A stretch of DNA of 64,000 nucleotides from Diadema antillarum (Eukaryota), in NCBI RefSeq assembly GCF_040938485.1, contig NW_027271040.1, positions 62,001-126,000 on the forward strand, written 5' to 3'. Positions within the stretch are counted from its first letter, which is position 1. Each line of letters opens with the position of its first letter. This document shows positions 40,286 to 51,529 of this stretch, piece after piece. The position numbers were made by a program, and so were the translations under genes. A model generated the notes under the pieces. That model saw only the letters and a program-made list of their open reading frames with translations. It was not told the DNA's origin and did no database searches.

Positions 40286-43200
40286 TCAATACACAAAATC
40301 ACGAAAGCGTAATGGAGGACGGCGCTCGCGACGTGGATTGCGCCGTGGTACAGCAGGTGGTGAATGACCTGCTGGCAATGGAACATCACGTGCGTTTGGA
40401 GCAATATCAGTTTCGATGTCATCATCATCATCATCATGACGATTGGAAGGGACTGAACCGCTATACAGCTTGAAACGCGAACAGTTGCGTGTGATGTAAT
40501 GATTGGCACAACGAACTGTAATGCGAGATCCACGCTTTCTCACAACTTTGTATGGCTGCGGAAGATATGGCGACTGGTGCTTTGGAACTATTCCATCTCT
40601 ACGAACAAGCACCGTATCGCCAACAGCGATTTGAGATGTTTGAGTCTTGCCGCGGCTGTCTGCATAGTTCTTCATGCGTTGTTTCTTGTCTCCATCGCGA
40701 TCGCGAACAGAAGCATCGAGGTCAGTGCGATGCTGTTTGGATGGTGCTTCTGGAAGACGCGTGCGTAGCGGTCGTCCGAAGAGAAGGGTCGCTGGGGGAA
40801 CCCCTGTAGTAGAGTGTGGTGTTGCACGATAGTTACGCAAGAACTTGTATATTTCTTGCTTCCAACATTTGCGTTCCGCGATAGCACAGCGATAGACTTT
40901 CTTGAGTGTCTTCATGAATCGTTCGACCTCACCATTTGCTTGAGGCCAACGCGGTGTAACTTTCCTGTGTCTGAACCCCAAATAGTGGGCAAACTGGCTG
41001 AATTCCGCTCCGTTGAACGGTGGGCCGTTATCAGTACGGACCACAGTGGGAACTCCAAAGCTTGAGAAGATCCGGTCAAGTTTCGGAATGACCAGACTTG
41101 CTGCAGTAGAGGAAACAATCTCTACCTCAACGAAACGCGAGTAATCATCAATGACGACTAACATGTGGTCACCGCTAGGAAGGTCGGCGAAGTCTACGCT
41201 GACTTCTGTCCAAGGTTGTTGCGGAAGCTCAGTCATTCTAAGGGGTTCCTTGGCATGCTCTACTGTATTCATCTGACAAGACAAACAATCGCGAACTGTG
41301 TGTTCAGTCATACGATCTATGGAAGGGAACCACACCTTCTCACGTAACAGAGCCTTTGTCTTGGTTATGCCTTGATGGCCCTCGTGTGCTATGTCAATGA
41401 TACGCTGTCGAAAAGAGCGTGGGATGACGATACGATGATCACGAAGAAGCATGCTACCGCCATCCGATACTGTGAGTTGATCTCGTACTTCATGCAGGCT
41501 TCTATATTCAGACTGTAATGACGCATCTGCAGACGCTAGGTCACTCCAGCTGTCCTTCTGGATGGCACGAATACAGTTTTGAAGGACATCATCTGTGCTT
41601 GTTGCAGATACTAAGTCCTCATACGTGACCGTCTTGGGAATCGCGTGTGCTGCAATGAACGAGACTTGTTGTTCAGCGATTTCTTCTTCTGCTGATGATC
41701 CTGTGCTCTGGGCGATACGTGGGTGACGCGACATATAGTCAGCTGGGTTCAGTTTTCCAGGATGGTATTGGACCTGGAAGTTGTACGCTTGGAGCCGCAA
41801 TAACCAGCGTTCTATGCGTATGGGTGGCTTTGAATTGGCGTTGTTGAACATTGCCAACAGTGGCTTGTGATCTGTGGTAACAACAAATGATCCACCGTAC
41901 AGATAGATGTGGAAGTGTCTGACAGCCCATGTTATGGCAAGTGCCTCCCTTTCTGTTTGCGAATAGCGTTGCTCTGTTGGCGTCAATGACCGACTAGCCA
42001 GTGCGATAGGGATGACCGACTGTGTTCGCGAGTCATGCTGGACAAGAATGGCCCCAAGGCCAAGGGGGCCTGCATCCACGATAACCTCTGTGGGATTTGC
42101 TGGGTTGAAATAGCCCATAGTACAATGTTTGGAGACAAGTTCCTTGATGCGATTGAAGGCTGATGTTTGAGATGGTCCCCAAGACCATGGCACGTCAGCC
42201 TTTGTTAGTTGTCGTAGAGGAGCAGAGATGGACGCAAGGTCTGGAATGAAACGAGCACAGTATGTCACCATGCCTAGAAAACTGCGCACCTCTGAGACGT
42301 TCTGTGGCTCTGTGACAGCGTTGATTGCGTCAACCTTTCGCGGATCAGGGCTGATACCATTGGCCGTGAAGACATGCCCAAAGTACACTACGCGATCTGT
42401 GCTAAAGACACACTTTGCGGGGTTGAGAGTCAAGTTCACCTTGCGAAGACGTTGCATGACAGCATCAAGTCGGGCGTCATGTTCTGCTTGACTGCGACCG
42501 AAAACAAGGAGATCATCACTGATATTCAGCACACCTGGTAGGTCCTGAAAAGTAGACTGTATTGCGTGCTGAAAAACCTCGGCCGCCGAACAAAGACCGA
42601 AATTGAGACGTTTGTACCGGAACAGCCCAACATGTGTAGAAAAGACTGTGTACTGACGCGACTCTTCATCAAGCTCTATTTGGTGATAACCTGAATTTAA
42701 GTCTAACGTGCTGAATGTTGTTGCTCCATTGAGGGCTGCGATAAGATCATCAACAGTTGGAATGATGTGACGTTCGCGTTTGATGGCGGTGTTGACATTT
42801 CTCATATCAACGCAGATACGAATGGCCTCGCTATTACGCTTGGGTACGACTGTGATGGGCGAGACCCACGGCGTTGGCGAGTTCTCGACCTTCTCGATGA
42901 TATCGTTCTCCAACAATCGATCAAGCTCCTGTACCACTTTATCGCGCATGTGGAACGGGATTCGACGATGAGGAATGGCTGTAGGAGTTACTGATGTGTC
43001 CGCCTGTATGTGATAGCGATAGTTGTTCAGTTTGCCTATGCCAGTAAAACGATCTGGATAGACCGACTTAGGCGAAGCAGATGATGTGGCATATGCGAGT
43101 TCTACAAGACCGAGTGCAGTGGCCGTTGCAAAGTTCAATAGCGTGTCACCATCGTGGGAGGTAACATAAACTTCAGTGGTAGCAGATGACGACTTGTAGC

Positions 43201-44311
43201 TGATCGTTGCTGTGAAGGTACCTTTAACATGAAGGGGAGTTGAATTGCCATATCCATACACAGGAATAGAATGCGCAACCAAAGGTGGCTGCGGCCTGAG
43301 CTGTGTGAATGTCCGCTGAGACATCATCATGACCGATGCCCCTGTATCGATGACAGCACTGATGGGGGTGTCGTTGACGTGTACAGTTACAATCGGTTTA
43401 GGCAGTGGCTTTGCCTCGATATGAAACTGGTAGTGTTCATACTGGCCTGTATTGGCATGACTGGGAGGTTCTGGGTCTGTAGTCATGGATGGGGGGTTTG
43501 TATCGCTGCTGATAGTGGTAGTAGCTTGGACATGCTTAGCAACGTTACCTTTGTTCTTCTTACTAGTCAAACAGTACTTAGCAAAATGATTTTGCTTACC
43601 ACACGCATGACATGTCTGGCCCTTGGCTGGACAAGGTTTGTTCCGGTGTGGAAACACACCTCCACAGTTGCGGCATGTACAGTGTTCAGTCTTTGCTGCA
43701 TGTTGTTGTTGTGACTGTCTCTGGTGGTGCACTGGGCGAGTACGACTACGAGTCCCGACTGCTTGGACGGTTGTAGCGGTAGCTTCTGCACCTTCCATTA
43801 CTGCAGCATGGCGATCTGCTTGCTCATATGCCCGTGCTGTACTAAGGAGTTTGTCCAGCGAGATTGTATCACGCAATGCATGTCGGCGTAGCTTTTGTGA
43901 CCGACATCCAAGAATAATCTGCGACTTAATTTCAGCATTATTGTCGGCAAATTCACATGAAACTGCAAGTTTTTGTAATCTGTGGCAATACTGATCAACA
44001 GTCTCATCTTCAGTTTGTCTACACTGCCTGAACACAAAACGTTCGTATTCAACGTTTACTGATGGACAGAAATGCTTTCCAAGTGCTGCTTTGGCTGATT
44101 CATAGTTCTCACCTGTATTAGGTAACGTGTCAAAAATATCTGAAACCTCCGGCCCAGCGTAGTGGAGGAGAAGCGCTCGTTGCTGCTTGGCATCTGTAAC
44201 AGCAAATGCCGTGAACAAATTATCCAGTCTTTTGACGTACTTTGCCCATCGTTTTCCAACAGTTGCCGGCTCATCGTGCACAGAAAATCGCTCAAACTGT
44301 GGAAGATTCAT
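40286..44311 (-). CDS. Gag-Pol polyprotein (about 1341 aa from MNLPQFERF; the ORF-track start at 44371 lies inside the LTR)
   Basis: Gag knuckles CRNCGGVFPHRNKPC and CHACGKQNHFAKYC; protease IDTGA; RT LDLNSGYHQ, RLNFGL and NISDDLL; RNase H VDAG, YSQTEREALA and TDHKPL; integrase HEGH..CLSC, VDF, TDNG, NGEVER. No env or chromodomain seen. Confidence 0.97.
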   Translation of the reverse strand: MNLPQFERFSVHDEPATVGKRWAKYVKRLDNLFTAFAVTDAKQQRALLLHYAGPEVSDIFDTLPNTGENYESAKAALGKHFCPSVNVEYERFVFRQCRQTEDETVDQYCHRLQKLAVSCEFADNNAEIKSQIILGCRSQKLRRHALRDTISLDKLLSTARAYEQADRHAAVMEGAEATATTVQAVGTRSRTRPVHHQRQSQQQHAAKTEHCTCRNCGGVFPHRNKPCPAKGQTCHACGKQNHFAKYCLTSKKNKGNVAKHVQATTTISSDTNPPSMTTDPEPPSHANTGQYEHYQFHIEAKPLPKPIVTVHVNDTPISAVIDTGASVMMMSQRTFTQLRPQPPLVAHSIPVYGYGNSTPLHVKGTFTATISYKSSSATTEVYVTSHDGDTLLNFATATALGLVELAYATSSASPKSVYPDRFTGIGKLNNYRYHIQADTSVTPTAIPHRRIPFHMRDKVVQELDRLLENDIIEKVENSPTPWVSPITVVPKRNSEAIRICVDMRNVNTAIKRERHIIPTVDDLIAALNGATTFSTLDLNSGYHQIELDEESRQYTVFSTHVGLFRYKRLNFGLCSAAEVFQHAIQSTFQDLPGVLNISDDLLVFGRSQAEHDARLDAVMQRLRKVNLTLNPAKCVFSTDRVVYFGHVFTANGISPDPRKVDAINAVTEPQNVSEVRSFLGMVTYCARFIPDLASISAPLRQLTKADVPWSWGPSQTSAFNRIKELVSKHCTMGYFNPANPTEVIVDAGPLGLGAILVQHDSRTQSVIPIALASRSLTPTEQRYSQTEREALAITWAVRHFHIYLYGGSFVVTTDHKPLLAMFNNANSKPPIRIERWLLRLQAYNFQVQYHPGKLNPADYMSRHPRIAQSTGSSAEEEIAEQQVSFIAAHAIPKTVTYEDLVSATSTDDVLQNCIRAIQKDSWSDLASADASLQSEYRSLHEVRDQLTVSDGGSMLLRDHRIVIPRSFRQRIIDIAHEGHQGITKTKALLREKVWFPSIDRMTEHTVRDCLSCQMNTVEHAKEPLRMTELPQQPWTEVSVDFADLPSGDHMLVVIDDYSRFVEVEIVSSTAASLVIPKLDRIFSSFGVPTVVRTDNGPPFNGAEFSQFAHYLGFRHRKVTPRWPQANGEVERFMKTLKKVYRCAIAERKCWKQEIYKFLRNYRATPHSTTGVPPATLLFGRPLRTRLPEAPSKQHRTDLDASVRDRDGDKKQRMKNYADSRGKTQTSQIAVGDTVLVRRDGIVPKHQSPYLPQPYKVVRKRGSRITVRCANHYITRNCSRFKLYSGSVPSNRHDDDDDDIETDIAPNARDVPLPAGHSPPAVPRRNPRRERRPPLRFRDFVY

Positions 44312-44321
44312 CCTCACTCTG

Positions 44322-44331
44322 CTCGTCGCCA
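44322..44331 (-). promoter_or_regulatory. Primer-binding site TGGCGACGAG, probably tRNA-Ser(GCU)
   Basis: One nt after the 5' LTR; complementary to the ...CUCGUCGCCA 3' end of metazoan tRNA-Ser(GCU) as recalled. Confidence 0.75.
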
Positions 44332-44332
44332 A

Positions 44333-44560
44333 TATAATGTTTGAATGTTCACAATAAACAACACTGATCACACATCAGTTGAATTTGCGGTTCACGTTTA
44401 CTGTGACTGACCAAACACGGTCTCCATGTTGTTAGCTTCTACTGAACATCGCGATACATTACAGAGTCGTGTGCATACATGACTGGGTTGTGTGCATACA
44501 TGGTATGGTATCGTTAAAAACAACAAAACAAATTAAACAGATAACACTTGCGATACTACA
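44333..44560 (-). repeat. 5' LTR (228 bp)
   Basis: Minus strand reads TGTAGTATCG...CAAACATTATA; no mismatch to 38667-38894 by eye. Confidence 0.95.
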
Positions 44561-46360
44561 TACAGTATTAATCATAACCATGGTTTTACATCCATGAGAA
44601 TGGGGCCAACAAATTACTTTGGTATTTGATACAACAGTTATTCATTGTGATTACACCTCTTCACAATCTGAAATGGGAAATGTGGATCTTCCTCTAGAAT
44701 ATATACAAGCTTATAAAAGGAGTCTAATTTCCACAGTTGCAAAAGGGACACACAAGATTTAACTGTAATCTTTGAAAAGCTGATCTATTTGTCACATAAA
44801 GTGTTTACCATGGTATAATCTTCATTTCTAATACCAAAAGTAAACAAATTTGGAGACTACTGAGGCAGACAATCGTAGACAAAAGACGAAATAGCAGACG
44901 AGATGCATTAGAAGGAATAGCATTGCTCAAAGATGAGTAATGGTTGAAATAAACCCAATGGAATGGGAGAGGGCGGCCAGACGGGGGGAAAAACTGGTCA
45001 GTCACCTGCAGACACAAGCTGCTGACCAACACAAAGGCTTTTAAGTTGTTGATGAGCGCAAGCGGACGGTTCTCAACAATCCTGAAAGAAAAAGATCAGT
45101 ACCAGTGTAGCGATTCACGAGTACTAATACTCTTCTCCTGCATTTCATCATTCCATCCTCATCAATAATTCAGACTTATGGATTTCATTGATTTCATGGC
45201 TTTTGGAAAAACCCATCTGTAGAAGCAGAGAGGAAGAAAAAGAAGAAAAAAAAATGAGTCCAGAGATTCGCTCCTTCTCTCTTTTCTTTGCTGCATTTCT
45301 TTTTTTTTCACTCTCTGTCTTCCCTCACTGCTAAAGAATGCGTCTATTGGGGAAACAATTGTTGCAGAGCGGGGGTTCAAAGACCACTCTCGCTTTGTTG
45401 TACGGGACCAACAATACCGGTAATAATCCGCAAATCCTTGTCGGGCACTAGTCTGAATAGAGGTCTCTCTACTGACAAGAATGTCGAACAACCATCAACT
45501 AAAGCAAGAGATAACGCCTTTCATGTTGGGGTGGGGGGGGGGGAGGGGGAGTGCAATAGGGGAATAGGTAACAGAATTAGGCGGCCAATATTGTTAAGGA
45601 TTTGAGGGAAGATTTATCTCGAGGGGGGGGGGGACAACTAATTCAGCCAAGTTTGGGTCTCCCCATTGAATGTAATCGGCTGAAGCCTGCGGCCCATGAC
45701 GGATTAAGATTCCACGGCAGTGAATCAAAATGCTTTCAGACATGAGGGGAGGGGGACCGGATAATCCGTTCTAACTCCTCTCTTTCTGACCGGTGAACAT
45801 GTGTTACCCTTCCCTCACTGCCTAACCATTGTCCAAAATCCTTTAACGCCTTTCACTCGGGATGCTTAAAATTGCCTGTTATCCACCTAAACTTTGAGAA
45901 AACATGTTTCTCCTGGTGGGGATAACAGATCCCCCTATTGGTGAAACACAGAGAACAGTGATGACCCTTTCTACCCATCCTGTTAATCTTGAAAGCTCAC
46001 CATCCCATTCTCCCATCACCCCCCCCCCCCCCTCCCCAAACAGTTGCACTGCCCGAGTTTTGTCTCACGAGGTGTGTTCAACCGTGCAGTGACTCGGAAC
46101 ATGAAGGGGGGGGGGGGGGGGGAGTGTAGTGGTAGGCCGAGGCGAGATGCCGTGAGATGCCGCGAGATCAAAATTCCAATTTGTAGGGCAGAGAATGATT
46201 GCATGAGAGACTGAACGAAATTGGTGGTAAAATCCATCTAAGCGATTCATTAGAGGTACTTTGATTTTGTTATGCAAATAAGATTGCTCACCACTCAAGC
46301 AAAGAAAGTGCTACCATTACAAAAGACAGCTAATGATAAAAACAAAAATAATGGTTACCA

Positions 46361-46452
46361 TTAACCTGCTGAGGACGGGCTGATTTTGCTACAACACGCA
46401 TTCCCATAGACTTTTGCCCAAGTATACTCGGGACTCATCTTCAACGGGTTAA
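46361..46452 (-). mobile_element. Mini piggyBac-like MITE, family A
   Basis: Reverse-orientation copy with TTAA on both sides. Confidence 0.8.
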
Positions 46453-46684
46453 TGCTACTATGGTCGAGATAACAGGGGTAATATTTCCAGTGATGAGTAG
46501 TATGACAGTGTAGTAGAGAAGCAGTTGAAGTCTCAGTGCTTGTAATACCAGGTAATACAATCAGCTGTGGTAGCGATAATGACATTACAGTAGTTGTGGT
46601 ACTGGTCATAAAAGCAGGAGCTGATGATAGTAAAACTGCCTTCCAGTGGTAGTAGCTGTGGTGGTAGGGCGCCATAGAGTGGTG

Positions 46685-47182
46685 NNNNNNNNNNNNNNNN
46701 NNNNNNNNNNNNNNNNNNNNNNNNNNNNNNNNNNNNNNNNNNNNNNNNNNNNNNNNNNNNNNNNNNNNNNNNNNNNNNNNNNNNNNNNNNNNNNNNNNNN
46801 NNNNNNNNNNNNNNNNNNNNNNNNNNNNNNNNNNNNNNNNNNNNNNNNNNNNNNNNNNNNNNNNNNNNNNNNNNNNNNNNNNNNNNNNNNNNNNNNNNNN
46901 NNNNNNNNNNNNNNNNNNNNNNNNNNNNNNNNNNNNNNNNNNNNNNNNNNNNNNNNNNNNNNNNNNNNNNNNNNNNNNNNNNNNNNNNNNNNNNNNNNNN
47001 NNNNNNNNNNNNNNNNNNNNNNNNNNNNNNNNNNNNNNNNNNNNNNNNNNNNNNNNNNNNNNNNNNNNNNNNNNNNNNNNNNNNNNNNNNNNNNNNNNNN
47101 NNNNNNNNNNNNNNNNNNNNNNNNNNNNNNNNNNNNNNNNNNNNNNNNNNNNNNNNNNNNNNNNNNNNNNNNNNNNNNNNNN
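46685..47182. other. Assembly gap (N)
   Basis: Run of N. Confidence 1.
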
Positions 47183-47580
47183 AGAAAGAAGCATGAGAAC
47201 AAAGGACAGGCCATGGAAGAGGAGGAGGAAGAAGAAGAGGAAGATACAGAGCAGGAAGAGTAAGGGAAGAAGAAAAAAGAAAAGAAAAAGAAGAAGCCAA
47301 AGAAGGAGAAGAAGAAGGAGGAGGAGGAAGAGGAGGAGGAGGAGGAGGAGGAGGAGGAGATGGAAAAGTGGTAGTAGCTGTAGTGATAGTCATGAAGTGA
47401 TGCAGTACCAGGAAATGGAAGAGGAGGAGGAGGCAGAGAAGAAGAAGAAGAAGAAGAAGGAGGAGGAGGAAGAGAAGAAAAAACATGAAGAAAAACATGA
47501 AGAAGGGGAGAGAGGAGGAGGAAGAGGAGGAGGAGGAAAAATGGCAGATAGGAAGAAGCAGATAAAGGGAAGAAGTGGAA
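47183..47580. repeat. (GAA/GAG)n purine-rich low-complexity tract next to an N gap
   Basis: Directly visible composition. Confidence 0.85.
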
Positions 47581-48094
47581 GGAGTTATGGCTGGCTCAAT
47601 TCATACTTGGACAGTTTTGAACTTAAATCATTGTCTGGTCTGTCTGTTTGCTTTGTAACTGATTCTCCTTTTCAGCAAGATTTTGACTCCAGCAAGCATT
47701 CTGTTACCTCAATCGATTTCATCCGCCCCAAGTCTGTCATCCATCTCATTTTACTTTTACTGGCATGGCGAGTGAAAGTATGATTTAACAAAATAATGAC
47801 AGACATCTCAGACAAAGTTTTAGTTGGATGAACACATTTATGACTTGCCTGTTTGACCTGTTTCACCTCTCATGCCATGCCCACAGGGCAGGTATAGTAC
47901 GACAGTGAGTGAATGAATGGGAATGACAATATGGGTTTTTTGTGTGATGTCCTCTTTCGGTCTAAACATACTTGGCCAAAGCATTTTATTTCATAAGTCA
48001 TCCTACTTCATCTGCTAATGACATATAAATTCTGTCTTCATTCCTTCTAAAAATTCTTTCACTGCAATGGCAACTAACTTTGTTCCACTACCAC

Positions 48095-48436
48095 TTATGG
48101 GAATGACATAGTTTTGGTTGAGATGGGGATTCAGCTTTAAATTCTAATAAGGAAGTCAAAAATCATCTGATGAAAATTGGTTTTGAAATGGCTGAGATAT
48201 CCATAGGCATACTAAAACAAAGCCATCCTAATAAAAGGAGGGACCTACCTTATATTAGGATTTGTTTTGGATATCCCTTACAGTCCATTTCAAAATCAAT
48301 TTTCATCACATAAACTCAGAATTCCTCTTGGAATTGTATATTCTTTCATATTTCATAAGAGATTTCTCATTATCTCATAAAAAAAAGTTGAAAACCCGAA
48401 GCCTCCGTTTCAACCAAAACCATATCATCCTGTTAA
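48095..48436 (+). mobile_element. Kolobok-like MITE, family C (diverged)
   Basis: Shares aaaattggttttgaaatggctgagatatcca and the catatttcataagag block with the other family C copies. Confidence 0.7.
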
Positions 48437-48643
48437 TCTCATGAAGTAACTTGGAGTTGCTCTAAATGTGGGATATATTGCAGTCTAAAATTTTCAGTGG
48501 ATTTACATTTTTGAGACCTTGTGTTAAAGATAAGAACATGTGAATATTTGGGGTAAGATTAAAGTATTAAACAGAAATACATATAAGTATTCTCCAATAC
48601 TCACAAAAGACTTTCACAGCATTTCCCAGGGAGTAATCAAAAC

Positions 48644-48815
48644 CAGGGGCCCGTTGCATAAAACTTACCATTGAATTTCAATGGTAACTACCGTCAAAAT
48701 TAGGCATCACAGCCAATCAGCATCAAGGATTATAAAATTTACCGCTAATTTGAAGACTTACCGCTAGAAAGGAGCGGTAAGTCCAGCGGTAAGGGTTTTA
48801 TGCAACAGGGCACAG
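48644..48815. mobile_element. PIF/Harbinger-like MITE
   Basis: ggggcccgttgcataaaac...gttttatgcaacagggcac. Confidence 0.65.
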
Positions 48816-48975
48816 ATATACATTATATTCTGCCTCGATTGGAACATAATTATCTTGTGATGTGATGGTTAGTCCATTTACAAAAAAAAAAAATGTTGTT
48901 TAAAATGGCTTCAAACACGATAGCTTAAATCTGTACTAGCATTATTTCTTAGCCAGTTTATTAGTTAAAAATAAA

Positions 48976-49230
48976 AAAATTGGTTTTCAAAAAGCCGAGA
49001 TATCAAAAAAACAAAGTGGTTCTAGTTAAAGGTGCATCCAACCTTTTACTAGTACCATTTTGTTTTATTTTGTTTTTTGATATCTCAGCCATTTCAAAAC
49101 CGATTTTTATCAAATAGAATATTAATTGACATTAGAATCATATGCTCTTTGATATTTGTGGTTTCTAATTACCTCACAAAAAGTTAAATCTTGAATCCCC
49201 GACTCAACCAGAACTATACCATCCCTTTAA
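48976..49230 (+). mobile_element. Kolobok-like MITE, family C (partial)
   Basis: Internal palindromic core plus right end actataccatcccTTTAA. Confidence 0.65.
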
Positions 49231-49630
49231 TCAACATGTATCTCATGATGTGGGTTGTAAACAATTGAACATTACTCATGAATCCCATCACGGAAACATG
49301 CCCTAACATATCCTGTTTAACAATTGATATTCTTTGCAACATTCACACTGTGAGGATGTCTAAATCATACAGATTGCATGTGTATAGTGAACATACATGC
49401 CACAGATTCAATGGTACCTTCTCAACCCCCCCCCCCCCCCCCCCCCACCTGACAGATTGCTCGTATTAATCATCGCTGCAAATAACCCCTCCCTCACTCT
49501 AGGGACAGCCAGTGATGTATTAAACAATTCATTTAGTGGCCACCCCTCAATTACTCTATATTTCAGATGCATAACCAACGGTGTCCAATCCTATATTGCA
49601 CTGACATGTAATTGATACATGCATTATACA

Positions 49631-50677
49631 TATGTGACCCGCCACAACAAAAGGATCCTAAAGTCACTGACGGCTGAGCCGAGAAAATCGAGTTTGAAGT
49701 CACATCATCAAAATTGGTCAAAACAATCGGATTTCTGTTTTTGGCATAATTTTGTAGATTAAAGGGTGGTGTACTGTTCTGGTCGAGGTGAAGATTTAGC
49801 TTTTAACGTTTTGTGAGATATTCAGAAACCACTCTATGAGATGTCAAAGAGCATGCAGTTCCAAGGGGTATCAAAAGTTTATTTGATGAAAATCTATTTT
49901 GAAATGGCTGAGATATCCAAAAACAATGTGAAACAAAGAGATACTAATAAAGTTGGGCATGTCGCCTTGTATTATTAGCACTTTTTTTTGATATCTCAGC
50001 CATTTGAAAACCAATTTTCATCAAATAAATGTTGAATCCTTCTTCAAATTACATGCTCTTTTATATTTCATAAGAGGCTTTTCATTATCTCACTTGGAAT
50101 GTTCAAAACCTGAATCCCTACCTCAACCAGTACTGTACAGTCCCTTTAATGTTTTGTCTATCATCTGCCGAAATTTTGAAGCTAAATAATTAAAGGAAAG
50201 GCAAGAAATAAGTGTTTTTCTGGGCCATGTTTTCCGACTTTCATCGTAACAGAAACGTGTCCGAATATTTGGATTTAGCGCTGCAGCTAGACTCCGCCCC
50301 TAGCAATGAGGGAGTGATCTTATTGGTCAGTGCGTGGCATCCTGATTACTGATTGGTCATGCGTGGACCGCTGGTGCTAAGCTTGAATGAACATCGCGGA
50401 GGTCGCTAGGAGCATGCCTTCTATTGTCAACTGTCTCGCCTCCCCTTGATCATGATAGTGTCGGAAGGAAAGCTTTGAAGGCGTTTTTCTCGAAATTCTA
50501 TTTCCTCAACCACTTGACATGGGCTAATAAAATCATCGATATCTCCGCAACCGAATGCTTTTATTAGCTGTGCTATATATGAAATTAAGGTAGAAGAGTG
50601 ACGAAATAATGTCACGCAATTTCCAGAAAATTGTCCTTCCCCGACTTTCGGACCCTTTTGTTGTAGCGGGTCACATA
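49631..50677 (+). mobile_element. Non-autonomous TIR element, family F (TA-flanked, TGTGACCCG termini, unclassified)
   Basis: TIRs tatgtgacccgccacaacaaaagg / ccttttgttgtagcgggtcacata; inverted partial copy at about 37365-38003. Confidence 0.75.
49759..50149 (+). mobile_element. Kolobok-like MITE, family C, nested in family F
   Basis: TTAA-agggtggtg...cagtccct-TTAA; the empty site with a single TTAA is visible in the family F copy near 37870. Confidence 0.82.
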
Positions 50678-51529
50678 TTTCCTTTTTTAACAAATACAAT
50701 CACCACTGTTTAATTGGGACTCTGTCACAAGAGATACAAGAATAGTGGCCGCTGGCTGTGTTAGGCAGGTGATGGCTACATAGAGGGTCTATAATACAGC
50801 AAATTCATGCGGGGGATTTTTTCAGTGGCTGCTATAGACAGGTGGCCACTAAAGATGTACAGATGACTGCCTGCCTGTCTGAACTCTTTTAGAAAGAAGT
50901 GTAGCAAAAAAAAAAAGCTGCTGAAAATTGCATATCCAATAGTGGCACGCCAAAGGAGTAAAATGGAGTCAAAAGGGGCCTGAGCTTTCGATCCTAGCAG
51001 AATCTTCGTCAGAGGCAAAATGACCAACTTTCTTTTTAGAAAGAATTAGGGTCTTACTCCAGAGTTGTCCCATTTAAGCAGGGGCAACTGTACTTGAAAC
51101 AAAAATATTGACTGCTGTAAACATTGGCCTGCCATGCCTTATTCCTTCTCCTACTCATCAGCCTCTTCCTTGTCTATCTTATCACATCAAGGTTGGTTTT
51201 TTTTCAATGTTCGAAGAGCATCGCTGTTATTTCCTTCATTGTTATGAATGTCATTGTTCTAGAAAATTTGATAAATGGATTAGAATGGAAAGGGAGATAA
51301 ATCACACACCACTATAACACTGACATTTCAAATACTAAATTCGCCAATCCCTTTCTGAAATTGCTCGAGATAACCAAACCCATTACATCTAAATACCTTC
51401 TACCCCTCTTCTATCTTTTTACTTTCAGCATTACTACTCCCTTTCCATGTCTAAATGAATTCCATATAGTGGGTTCCATTGACCCATCCTCCTAAAACTT
51501 GCATGCTAAAAAAAAAACATCCCACCTTA

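Larger units (their letters stand above)
38667..44560 (-). mobile_element. Full-length Ty3/Gypsy LTR retrotransposon, Mag-like, 5894 bp, recently inserted
   Basis: Two 228-bp LTRs, TSD tacag at 38662-38666 and 44561-44565, PBS, PPT and a single uninterrupted gag-pol ORF in PR-RT-RH-IN order. Confidence 0.97.

Noticed and set aside
40499-44344. Multiple 60-147 aa ORFs overlapping gag-pol
   Set aside because: Antisense or out-of-frame shadows of the polyprotein.
46361-47498. Long ORFs of 200-320 aa spanning N runs (also at 7.4 and 24.9 kb)
   Set aside because: Artefacts of reading through assembly gaps.
47193-47783. 196-aa Arg/Lys-rich ORF
   Set aside because: Translation of a GAA/GAG simple repeat next to a gap.
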